A DNA stretch of 64,000 bases, taken from the NCBI GenBank assembly GCA_951406725.2, contig OX597817.1, forward strand, positions 118,978,001 through 119,042,000, written 5' to 3'. The stretch is from Octopus vulgaris. Taxonomy: Eukaryota. The first letter of the stretch is position 1; each line of letters begins with the position of its first letter. Under the pieces are notes generated by a model. It saw only the letters and a program-made list of their open reading frames with translations. It ran no database searches and had not been told where the DNA came from. The position numbers and the translations under genes are program-made. This document shows positions 1 through 11,290 of the stretch, piece by piece.

Positions 1-567
1 TACATGTACACAGAGAGAAACAAACTGCAGAGTCAGAACAAGAGAAAAAGAAAAGGTAAAAGCAAAAAAGAAAGGAAGAAAAAAAGAACAATCAAGTCTC
101 ATTTATATTTGATAATTGGATAAACATATTAGCAATTAGGTTTGATCCAGTATCAAATTACACTAGTTTTTCTGTTGTGTGTGTGTGTGAGTATGTGCTC
201 CAATGTATGTGCATAATATGTACTTCGCTTTTCACCAGCTGAAGTAACAAATCTTGTGTTATTCTTTATTTGTTTATCAAAACGAAACCTACTTAATCCA
301 TAAAACTGTTGGAATTACGCTGGTAAATGGATAGTAAAACTGCTAAATGAAATCTCGACAGGGAAAGGTCGTGCACTACACAAGATTATCCTGATTTTTC
401 TTGGCACTAATCTGTTGAAAGTTATTTCATTCATATAACGTGTTTTGATCGGCCTACTACAAATACAATCTTTGCTGAAGTTAAGCCTTTGCAAGGTAAC
501 GAGACATTCGTTAATTATACAGTGACCCTGAATGATTGCAGAACAAAAATATTAAAGAAAAATAATG

Positions 568-637
568 AGAGAGAGAGAGAGAGAGAGGGGGAGGGCGAGA
601 GAGAGAAACAAACAGACAGACAGACAGACAGACAGAG
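568..637. repeat. (GA)n/(GACA)n microsatellite
   Basis: Directly visible tandem GA then CAGA units. Confidence 0.95.
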
Positions 638-1178
638 CGGTAGCAATGTCGAGAAGTGCAGCCCTTTGGATTCAGCTATTAAGAAACTAATTCAACTTCA
701 TCTGAGAGGGAAATGTAATAGAAAGAAAATTTCAGCGTTCACTGAGTGGAAAACTGTTATAACCAACGCCCTCTTGAGTGGAAAAGTGGAACATTATTCG
801 CTTGAAAGGAAATTTAGACCAATTGTACTTGAGTGGAAAATTAACTTGACGCTTCTCAGCTTGAGGGAAACAACAACAACAACAACAACAATAATCATAA
901 TAATAATCATAAAAATTCCAGCAAACCTAACACTCCAAGAAGAAGCAATACTCAAGAGTCTCACTTTAAAATGATAGTAGGGACGTTGCTATTTGAGTGT
1001 GGTGAGAAGCGGTGAGAGTAGGGTGGTAATATGTTATGGGTGGGGGTGTGGGGGTGGCAGAGTGAAGCTGGGGTGCTGCAGGGGGGGAAATGGAGCGGAA
1101 AGGTACAACAGCTGAAGTACGATCTAGAAAATTGATAATATTGGTACCGTTACCAATATCTACATCACCACTACAACC

Positions 1179-1232
<54 letters not shown>

Positions 1233-1245
1233 GGTGGTGGTGGTG

Positions 1246-1281
<36 letters not shown>

Positions 1282-1283
1282 GT
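1179..1283. repeat. (GTA)n(GTG)n(GTA)n compound trinucleotide microsatellite
   Basis: Directly visible; source of the poly-Val ORF 1090..1317. Confidence 0.95.
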
Positions 1284-1608
1284 AAAAAGAACTTCACAAT
1301 TAGCAACATTTAAATAGGTGTGTGTATGTGTGTGAGTATGCGTGTCAGTTTTAGTAGTTATTTTAAAAGAAATTTTAAGAATAACACCAGAATATTTGCT
1401 GAATGGGTGAGGTTAAAAGTCAAACTATAAAAGTTTTTTTTTTTTTTTTTTCATTTTACTTACTAGGACTTGAAAGTTTTGCCCGACGGCATATTCAACC
1501 AACTAGGTAAAAAAGCTGTTACTCAAAGCTGAATGAAGGCACTTGTTAAAACAAATTTTATAACACACACGTAGTGCAAGAAAAAAAAATGATAACACAA
1601 AGGTGAGA

Positions 1609-2060
1609 TAATCCTTTCTACTTTAGGCACACAGCCCGAAAATTTGGGGGAGGGGTCCAGTCGATGGTATCGTCACCAGTACGCAACTGGTTTTTAATTT
1701 ATCAACCCTGAAAGGATGAAAGGTAAAGTTGACCACGGCGGAATTTGAACTCAGAACATAAAGAGACAACATACCTATTTCTTTACTACCCACAAGAGGC
1801 TAAACATAGAGGGGGACAAACAAGAACAGACAAACGGATTAAGTCGATTATATCGACCCAGTGCGTAACTGGTACTTATTTAATCGACCCCGAAAGGATG
1901 AAAGGCAAAGTCAACCTCGGCGGAATTTGAACTCAGAACGTAACGGCGGACGAAATACCACTAAGCATTTCACCCGTCGTGCTAACGTTTCTGCCAGCTC
2001 GCTGTTAAGAATTTAAGAATTTCGCCCGGCGTGCTAGCGATTCTGCCAGCTCGCTGCCTT
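1609..2060 (-). mobile_element. tRNA-derived SINE family A, nested pair (copy 1776-2004 inside a host copy 1609-1775 + 2018-2060)
   Basis: Reverse complement of the family-A sequence at 2830-3061 (GGCGAGCTGGCAGAA...GAGTTCAAATTCCGCCGAGGTCGACTTTGCCTTTCATCCTTTCGGGGTCGATAA...). The host 5' piece and 3' piece are separated by a near-complete second copy. Confidence 0.88.
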
Positions 2061-2212
2061 ACAAAGATGATATAATAAAACAAAGATTGTATCTGGTTGG
2101 TGCTCAGGAAACGGAAAAGAAAAGAGAATGAAAAGACAAGGAACTGTCTTTTACGCTTCAAAAAGACAATGAGAGAAAAGAAAAACAGAGACAAAATAGT
2201 GTACTGAAATAT

Positions 2213-2400
2213 ATCGGTTTCAGATTTTCGTACAAGGTGAGGGGCTAAGTCGATTACAGCTTTCAAATGGTACTTATTTTAGCGATTCCGAATGGTTGAA
2301 AAGTAAAGTCAATCTCGGTGGAATTTAAACTCAGAATGTAAAGACGGACGGAATGTTGCTTAGCGTTTTACCCAACGTACTAATGATTCTGCCAACTAGC
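2213..2400 (-). mobile_element. degenerate SINE family A
   Basis: Matches reverse-complement family-A blocks (aaagtcaatctcggtggaatttaaactcagaatgta; attctgccaactagc). Confidence 0.8.
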
Positions 2401-2404
2401 TTTA

Positions 2405-2610
2405 GTGTTGTCTAGCCCTAGGCGATCCCTTGTCGAGCAGACTTAAAACCAAATGTCATTCCAGCTATGCGAATCCCATTTTCTTTTCTCAAATTAGGAT
2501 TACATTGCCCTCTGTACCCTTCCTTTAGTCAAACAATAAGTTTGAGTAATATTTATGTAGCAACTATTACTTACACGTTGACCGACCTTGTAAATAGGTC
2601 CTCGTTGGAA
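2405..2610 (-). mobile_element. old dispersed element D
   Basis: Blocks tagccctagg..gagcagactt..cattccagct and gttgaccgacc..cctcgttgg shared with copies at 46045-46255 and 40890-41155. Confidence 0.6.
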
Positions 2611-2829
2611 AACTGTTTGGTGGCCTTTCTGTTATAATCAACAGATGATAGTTCGATGAACTTATGCATTTCTACAGCCTTCTCCCCTACCACTGAATAT
2701 GGGCACAACGTTTCCTTCAGACAACTACCACCGCCACTAGCACCACCAAAAAATTAAAAATTCTAAAACCCTTCTTCATTCATCAAAGCCAACGCGAGAT
2801 CTGTCATGCGCGAATATATGAGCACGAAT

Positions 2830-3061
2830 AAGGCGGCGAGCTGGCAGAAACGTTAGCACGCTGGGCGAAATGCGTAGCCGTATTTCGTCTGCCGCTACGT
2901 TCTGAGTTCAAATTCCGCCGAGGTCGACTTTGCCTTTAATCCTTTCGGGGTCGATAAATCAAGTACCAGTTACGCACTGGGGTCGATTTAATCGACTTCA
3001 TTCGTTTGTCTGTCTTTGTTTGTCCCCTCTGTGTGTAGCCCCTTGTGGGTAATAAAGAAAC
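2830..3061 (+). mobile_element. full-length tRNA-derived SINE family A with 16 bp TSD
   Basis: A-box-like TGGCAGAAACG, B-box-like GAGTTCAAATTC, tail ending AATAAAGAAA. Identical flanking direct repeat ATATATGAGCACGAAT at 2814-2829 and 3062-3077. Confidence 0.95.
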
Positions 3062-3442
3062 ATATATGAGCACGAATTTATAAAACTTAACATACATAAA
3101 ATAACGAAGATCCGATTACATAAATGAATGAAAACATAAATAAATAAATAAGCAGCGTATTTTCTCCACGATGTGTATATATATATAATATTAGATATTT
3201 TAACAGCACTTTAGCACTTGCAAGAAAAATCAACTGTACTTGATAACCATCTCATAACTACTTCTCCGCAGACAGTCGTACAACAGGTGAAGTGAGAGTG
3301 GCTTACAAAAAGTAAATAAATAAATAAAACACATGCTATTATAAACTTATTGCGTGAGTATCGTGGAGACACATACACGTATGTCTACAATTACATATAC
3401 ACACATATAAAATCTATGTAACGGTATATGTGTATAAGACAG

Positions 3443-3490
<48 letters not shown>

Positions 3491-3859
3491 AGAGGAATGC
3501 TAGACAAAACTGGAGGTATGTAGTATAGATTGTTATCAATATCGATTATGGCGAGATGTGTTAGTTATATTTATATTTGTTTATTTATCATGAAATACAA
3601 AAATAAAATCTATGACTTTATTATGAAATACCCGGTTTTATTATATTAGTTCAGAAACTTGCCTTTTTTTCCGAAAATTGCTCGAGCTTTTTCTTCAAGT
3701 CGAATGCTTCAAATTGGAAAGTGACGTAACACACATAAACACAATCTACATACACATGCATATGTAGAGTTACACACACACACACACACACACGGAGTTA
3801 CATACATATACACATTTTCACATACATACATGCATATATGTAAGTACACACATATATGT

Positions 3860-4008
3860 ATATATATACGAACATATATACACATATAGATATGTATATA
3901 AATACAAATACATATACGCACAGACACACGTATATGAATATATGTTATACATATATATATTCGTGTATAGACACATATACACACACGTGTATATATGTAT
4001 ATATGCAT

Positions 4009-4074
<66 letters not shown>

Positions 4075-4353
4075 GAACATATATACACATATAGATATGT
4101 ATATAAATACAAATACATATACGCAGAGACACACGTATATGAATATTCGTGTATAGACACATATACACACACGTGTATATATGTATATATGCATATACAC
4201 ACATATATATATATACGAACGTATATTCACATATAGGTATGTATATAAATACAAATACATATACGCACAGACACACGTATGTGAATATATGTTATACATA
4301 TATATTCGTGTATAGACACATATACACACACGTGTATATATGTATATATGCAT

Positions 4354-4409
<56 letters not shown>

Positions 4410-4572
4410 GAACATATATACACATATAGATATGTATATAAATACAAATACATATACGCACAGACACACGTATATGAATATATGTTATACATATATATAT
4501 ATTCGTGTATAGACACATATAACACACACGTGTATATATGTATATATGCATACACACATACATCCATACGAA
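3860..4572. repeat. minisatellite of about 140-210 bp units (4 copies plus partial) built from CA/TA microsatellite
   Basis: Unit tacgaacatatatacacatatagatatgtatataaatacaaatacatatacgcacagacacacg...attcgtgtatagacacatatacacacacgtg recurs near 3867, 4073, 4213 and 4407. Confidence 0.9.
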
Positions 4573-4990
4573 CTTACTTGCAGAATCATATACACAGCTT
4601 CAGAAACGCGTCGCAACATGCATTTCCTTCGATTATTTACAAAGTAAGCTAACATTCCGTGCATCATAATTCGCAAGTAAACTCGATAAGGAAACCAGAC
4701 TGTGGCGCTTACTTCACTGCATTTGACAATTGTTCTCAATGCAAAATACTGCTAGGTTCGAGGAAGCAAACATGTCCGGAACAACAAAAGCTTACTGCAC
4801 TCTTTGACTTCCATACATCATACTGGTGTGCAAGTTTCTTATATAATTACCTGTTCCCCTCATTCACCCATTTGTCCTTCTCCCTATCTTCCTCTCACAA
4901 ACACACACATCTACGTTAATATATTGATGTATATGGTATAATAGAGTATTATATATACACAGACGCAGGCGGCACGCGCACACACACACA

Positions 4991-5096
4991 TAGGTGCAGG
5001 TGTGACTGTATGTTAAGAAGCTGGCTTTCCAACCACATGCTCCTGAGTTCGGATCCACTGCGTGGTACCTTGGGCAAGTGTCCTCAACTATAGTCT
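4991..5096 (+). mobile_element. SINE family B 5' head fragment
   Basis: Matches the head of 57530-57918 (ccactgcgtggtaccttgggcaagtgtc..actatag). Confidence 0.8.
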
Positions 5097-5264
5097 ATAT
5101 ATATTATTCTTAAACAAGAATCCGACGATGGCTTAGCTGGCTGATACTTCGAAGTCACTATCAACAACATTCTTGTTTAATAATAATAAAGTTGTACTCT
5201 ACAAAAGTATAGAGTAAATCAGCAGATTAATGAAAAATTGTGTGTGTGTGTGTATATATATATA

Positions 5265-5511
5265 TCAAAGGACCCTCACGAGCCATAGGCTCATAAAGCC
5301 AGCTTCCCGGATTCTGTGGCGTATATCGCCACTGCCCCTGGATGGGACGCCGGTCCGCTGCAGGATTTTCTTTTTTTTTTTTCGGCCAGTTGAATGGACT
5401 GGATCAAAGTGAAATGAAGTGTTGTGCTCAAGAACAGAATGCATCGCCCGGTCGAGGAATCGAAACCACAATCTTACGATCATAGGTGCAACACCCTTAC
5501 CACTAACCTCC
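5265..5511 (-). mobile_element. tRNA-derived SINE family C (V-domain-like 3' module)
   Basis: On the minus strand: B-box GGTTTCGATTCC, CORE-like TTCTTGAGCACAACACTTCATTTCAC..CCAGTCCATTCAACTG, then CCTGCAGCGGACCGGCGTCCCATCCAGGGG. Second copy at 21218-21445. Domain names are from recalled resemblance. Confidence 0.8.
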
Positions 5512-5716
5512 ATACACATACACACACATATCTGTGTGTGTGTGTGTGTTTATGTTTCATATATCAGTGTATACATATGTAATGTATGTCTACATATACA
5601 TGTATACAAATTTAGAGAAACTACGTCACGAAAAACACCTTTCAAGCCAAGCAACTCTTAAAAGCACGTCTTCTCTATGAATGAACATAGAAGAGTCCCT
5701 AAGTGAAACTGAAAGT

Positions 5717-5754
<38 letters not shown>

Positions 5755-5987
5755 GGAGATAGAGAGAAAAAAAAGTTGGACGTGAAAAAAGGAAATTGAA
5801 AGACTTCCCAGCACTCCTTATGTAATGAAAGCTTTCCGAATTTTCAGTCAAACTGACAGTCAGAACAGTTGTTATTGCTCTTGACTGATTGACAAGCAAT
5901 CATTACCCAATATCACTAATACAAATAGCAGTTTGTTGCTGGTGGAAAAAATGGTGTACGTATTTCCGCGCATAGTGTACGTGTGTA

Positions 5988-6037
<50 letters not shown>

Positions 6038-7099
6038 ACAAACATCAAAACAAAAGCCCAGTTACGCAACAAAAAAGATTCAAGTTAAAGGAGCGGTAGA
6101 GATCTAACAGATTACCCACCACGCATACAATGGAAAAGAACATCTAAGACTACAATCTATGTATATAGTGTAGATATGCAATTCTCTTCCCCCACCTCTT
6201 TCTCTATGTATCTTACACACATACGCAGACACACACTACACATAGATAAGCAGCCGCACGAAGACAATTTTACGACCACACACAAGTATAATTTTCATTT
6301 CGTATTGTTTCTTTTTACGTTAATTTTGTGACGACCTTATGTCAACCAGATATGCTTGCGCACACGCATTTCTCCATCTCTCGCTTGATGATAGCTATGA
6401 CCCTTGACATTCCAAATAACACTAATATATTCTGGTTTAAAGTAATACACAAACTACATATGTTTCGAGTGGTATATTTGAAATTCTTTTACTGCTTTGT
6501 AGGTCGCGTCATAGCTTAATTTAATTCTGCATTTCTTACTAAGCATTTTCGGTGTTTCGATAATTATGATGTTTATTGTGAAGCACATAAGTAACAGTTA
6601 TCTATTTTTTGTTCGTATGTGTTTGTGTATGCGTCTGTAAGTGTGTATGTGTGTGCAATTTAAAAAAGCTGTAGGTGTTCACATAAACAAAAGGCATAGT
6701 AGTTATCTACTCTCTCTATGTGTGCGTGTATGTGTAGTAGTAGTAAAATATATTAAATTATATAGCCCAGTAATGATAATACATCGTGATTCTCAGTTCT
6801 ATATCCATGGTTGCCAAACAATCAACATTAAAATTTCAAGTTAAAGTTTCATGACCATCCAATATTACTTGAACATCAGCAGTATATTTGAATCGGAGCT
6901 TTCATACTCTCTACTTTTCCCTCTGGTTTTTAACTCACAAAGAGACACTCTCGAACTTGAAAGTGACGTTAGCTCACTGTAACGTATAACAAAACACTCG
7001 CTGATACCGTCAAAATTTCAACTCGTTAACTTTTACAATTTAACAGCATTTAAAATCCAAGCTCACTTTATTTTTAACTGACCAATCAGTAATAAACTC

Positions 7100-7410
7100 A
7101 CCCTTGGGCAAGTGTATACTACTATAGCCGCGAGCCAACCAAAGCCTCATGAGTGGATTTGGTAGGCGGAGACTCAAAGAAGCCCGTCACATATATATGT
7201 GTATGAGTGTCTTTGAGTCTATGTTTGTTCCCACCACCATTGCTGGTGTGTTTAAGTCCTCGTAACCTAGCGGTTCGGAAAAATGGACCGATAGAATAAG
7301 TACAAGGCTTAAAAAAAGAATAAGTCCTGGGGTCGATTTCTTCGACTCAAAAACCCTCAAAGGAGGATCTCCAGCATGCAGTAGTCAAGTGATTGAAACA
7401 AATAAAAGAA
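7100..7410 (+). mobile_element. 5'-truncated SINE family B
   Basis: cccttgggcaagtgt..gtggatttggtagg..gcggttcgg..gatagaataagtac..ctggggtcgattt..tgaaacaaataaaag. Confidence 0.88.
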
Positions 7411-7485
7411 TAACTAGTTACCATAGTCTTCAACCACATACTAAACAAAAAACAAAAATTACAATTCATATATATATATGTGTGT

Positions 7486-7790
7486 GGAGGCGCAATGGCC
7501 TAGTGGTTAGGGCAGCGGACTCGCGGTCGCAGGATCGCGGTTTCGATTCCCAGACCGGGCGTTGTGAGTGTTTATTGAGCGAAAACACCTAAAAGCCGCA
7601 CGAGGCTCCTGCAGGGGGTGGTGATCCCTGCTGTACTCTTTTACCACTCTTTCTCCCACTCTTTCTTCTGTTGGCCTGCTCGCTTAGCCAGCGGGGTGGC
7701 GTCATTCGAAGGCTAAAACAATGCGAACGCATTGTGACCAGCGACGTGCAACAACATCTGATGGTCTGGTCGGTCACGTGATCACGTGAT
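7486..7790 (+). mobile_element. full-length tRNA-derived SINE family R (resembles octopus OR-type SINEs)
   Basis: A-box TGGCCTAGTGG, B-box GGTTTCGATTCC, tail ending CACGTGATCACGTGAT, inserted in a TA tract. Same head at 33139-33035 (-). The OR label is from recall. Confidence 0.85.
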
Positions 7791-8225
7791 ATATATATGT
7801 AATTGATATTTGAATAAGAAGTCCGAATTGATGGTGTCCCTGTACACGAATATGAAACTATGTCACAAACAGAATATGTAATTTAATATGTATATAATAC
7901 ATATGCGCTTTGATTCAGTGAAACCTGGTAGAATACACTTAGAAAATGCACCAAATATATATTATTTTTACACAGACGAGAGTGTGTGTAGATTTGCTGT
8001 AAATGACTCTTGCGACCAATACTCAGAGTTTCAGAATCACATGTCTAATCGGTCAGATGTTCGTTATGACTCATGGGGCACATCTCAACGACAAGAAACG
8101 TACTTACAAACTTAAACAATTCCCGAGAGAGCCATTAACAGCAAATCTACAAAATATATTCTTCATAAAATATTCAGTGCTGACACTTGCACTAATATAC
8201 GTACTGCAAGTAAGTAAGTAAGTAA

Positions 8226-8602
8226 GTGTGTATGTATGTATGCGTGTATATTAATAATCATTACACATATATATTAATATACACGCATACATCAGATATA
8301 TTCAGGTATGGTATGTATGTATGTATGTGTGTGTGTATGTATGTATGCGTGTATATTAATAATCATTACACATATATATTAACAATATACACGCACACAA
8401 CAGATATATTCAGGTATGTTATGTGTGTATGTACGTATGTATGTATGTATGTATGTATGTATGTATGTATGTATGTATGTATGTATGTATGTATGTATGT
8501 ATGTGTGCATGTATGTGTGTATGTATGTATGCGTGTATATTAATAATCATTACACATATATATTAACAATATACACGCATACATCAGATATATTCAGGTA
8601 TG
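8226..8602. repeat. three tandem copies of an about 75 bp unit separated by (TATG)n
   Basis: gcgtgtatattaataatcattacacatatatattaa..cagatatattcaggtatg at about 8242, 8347 and 8531. Confidence 0.9.
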
Positions 8603-8649
8603 TTAAAGCACATATATTAATATGTATGTGTGTGCGCGCTTCAATAAGT

Positions 8650-8919
8650 TGATATACGAAAGACGAAAGACATGGTTGATTTTTCATTCGTCTAGGTCCT
8701 GCAGCTGCCCAACTAACTCATCGTTATGTAAAAACAGAATTGAGATGAACGTCAACAGAAGAAAGGAGAACATGGAAAAGACCATGGGCCATATTGCGTT
8801 GAACTTTTCAGGACGACCTGAAGGCGGTCAAAAGACACTGGAAAAAAAGAGCACATAACCGATCGAAAACACTTGAGAACTGCCGTATACACACGCTGAT
8901 GGACGAACTAACTAACTAA
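8650..8919 (+). pseudogene. RTE-clade LINE 3' remnant
   Basis: Frameshifted peptides IYERRKTW, ERRTWKRPW and FQDDLKAVKRHWKKRAHNRS resemble the RTE ORF C-terminus (R..GRP..RW.DDL....W...A.DR..W). Ends GGACGAAC + (TAAC)n, like the RTE tail at 31754-31761. Confidence 0.6.
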
Positions 8920-10291
8920 ACATCTCCACTCTTTCTTTCTATCAATTTTTCCTTCTTTAGTTTTTCAGTGTTTATTCCTCAAGTTGATTACTGTCTGAAT
9001 TTTTATCGGATCACTTTCAGACAGAATCATGTCTCCACAGAATTGAGAGAAACATACTCGTTGGAATTGGGAGACTTCAAGTCGGACATCTGGATGTTAT
9101 GTAATCGTAACATTTCTTGTCTAACTTAACAAAATGGTTTATTATTTTTTATTCGACTTGCATAAACAAATGTAATATATACAGTACAAAATCAGAAGCA
9201 GAATGGCTTCACACAAAATATACACCACACACACACAAAACATACACAAGCATATAGTATACAGACATATGTACTTATTTTCAAGCCTCACCAAAAAAAT
9301 TCGTTAATTCAATGCACTTAGAAATAAATATTCTATCAACAAAATTTTTTTTTTCTGTGTGATTTATATTTATTTAGATACAGAGAAACACGAACGCAAG
9401 CAAATAAATTTCAGTATGGACTATCTTTGTTAAGATAAACGTTGGCTGTTTTGACCGACCAACTGACTAATAGCAAGGGTGTAATTGTAAATCAAGGTAA
9501 AAGAAATAAAGAAATGAAGGTTGAAAGAAGCAAAAAAGATAGATCTAATGTACACACAACTGCGTGCCATTCCACCACCATTCCGCTCTTTAAATCTCAT
9601 AAAGGTTTTGCAGATCTGTTCTAGCTTTGAAACCTATTTGAAGTGAGTGAATTACAGAGTCGTACTCTGCATTTTATTTTTTACCAAGAACACAACATCA
9701 TCTATACTTTGTTCAACGCGAGGAGGTACCCATAACCAGTGATTCTGATAATTATTAGGATGCAAGCTAAATATCTACTTTGGATACTGCTATTGCCAAT
9801 CTTTCTCTCTCTCTCCTACATACACACACATCAGTAGTCCGCAAATATTCTCCTCTTTGTAATTTTGTTCCCACCCAACATTGACATCGATATCAAATGG
9901 ATAAACTAACTCCCACGCAACAAAGTGGAAAGCAAGATCTTGCCTGTCCTGACGAATAGAGTCTAAAACGTGGATGTGCTTTACGCATGATTTTATACGC
10001 TTGCGTTGATAAATTGACTTAACGGACTATGAGTGTTCTTACCTTGTATGTGTATGCATAGTGAGTGTGTGTGTTTGTGCGAGAGAGTTCAGTATACTGC
10101 AACGAATGTAAATGTTTGAAACATTGCTCTAATTACTCAAAGTTTTCCACAAAACGGCATAATTATACGAACAACCTATTTTTGCATTGTTAGCTCGAGT
10201 CAGGTTTCACTCAAACTCGCTCTCCTGTAGAGAGATCGCGGCTTACATTTGTATATTTCGAGATATTATCGTATTATCTCCTTATATATTT

Positions 10292-11290
10292 TGTAGTATA
10301 CACTCGAGTGAAATTCCTCTTCCCTTTATTATATATACATTCGAACGTAGCAGATAACAGCTAACCTTTGGCCGCTATTTAGACCCCGTTTTGTCCCCTG
10401 CTCTGATTGGTTGGTATTGTCTCTTACTCTATCGCGCCAATATGCAGCGTATAACCAATCGGAGCCCCTAAATAAGATCACGTGCGACAGCCTTTTCTCA
10501 ACTCCTTTTGAGCCTATTCTTCATTATAAAAATTCACCTTCTTCTCGTCTCGAGTTCTTTGGTTCCAAACCTTCTAAGGTCTAGCCACTGACAACACAAG
10601 ACAGCCAGTTACAGCGACAATGCCAGACGACAACACCCTCCCAACAGCAACACACCCAGGTTTCAACACAGCACTGTTCGTGAATTACTTCACCCTGGAT
10701 CTACAGCAAAGATACAACCTGCGAGCCTGACGACAACAACATCCATCAGCATTACGGCAGTCGCTATCATCTTCTTCTTAACAATGCCAACATCTCTACG
10801 TACACAGCTCAACCAGTAACACTGCATAGGTTCTAACATAGCACTGTTTGTGAATTACTACACTATGGTTAACAGCGAATATACAATCTGCGAGAACTCC
10901 TGTACAAGTGACCCAGGCAGCAGCATTACAGCCACAACTTCATATGAGACGTACCGCACCGGCTCTGCATCAGCGCCACAACTTCTTGATACAGTATTTC
11001 AACTACCGTGTACAACTGACTACGAACTGGAATTTCTCATTCTTGTGTCTATGAACATTCGTCTTAACTTCTCATTGTATACTCTTTCACTTTCTTCCTC
11101 ATTGTTGTGTTTATATGTACTTAACGCACACGCATACATACATTCCTATACACACATACACTTTGTTCCCATGACGGCCTGTCTATTATTCTGCATTACA
11201 TGACGCGCACACAGACACACATTAAGCTATCAATAAAACCTCTCTTGGACCTTCTATTGGGTTGTGTCTTTCTCTTTTCCAACTGGCACA
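10292..11290 (+). mobile_element. solo LTR candidate (or compact Pol II transcription unit)
   Basis: CCAAT boxes at 10406 (ATTGG), 10437 and 10455; CACGTG 10479; TATAAAA 10525; internal ~70 bp direct repeat (10659-10727 vs 10829-10897); AATAAA 11232 then a GT/T-rich tract; ends in CA at 11290. 5' TG boundary and TSD not resolved. Confidence 0.55.

Noticed and set aside
702-870. CRISPR-like repeat-spacer array
   Set aside because: Repeats are only about 12 bp and degenerate, spacers are under 30 bp and uneven, the context is eukaryotic and there are no cas genes. Kept as a motif cluster.
489-974. 161 aa ORF
   Set aside because: TTG start, crosses two microsatellites, no recognisable domain.
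4584-4643. 60 nt exon candidate (ttgcAG..AAA|GTAAGC)
   Set aside because: The acceptor lacks a polypyrimidine tract and lies at the edge of a minisatellite; the peptide is unrecognisable.
7486-7560. Genuine tRNA gene
   Set aside because: A and B boxes are present, but there is no acceptor stem closure or T-run terminator, and it continues into a dispersed repeat body. It is a SINE head; the same holds for the other A/B-box hits.
10850-11203. 117 aa ORF as a real protein
   Set aside because: GTG start, preceded by an in-frame stop, an indel relative to its own upstream duplicate, and located within an LTR-like cassette.
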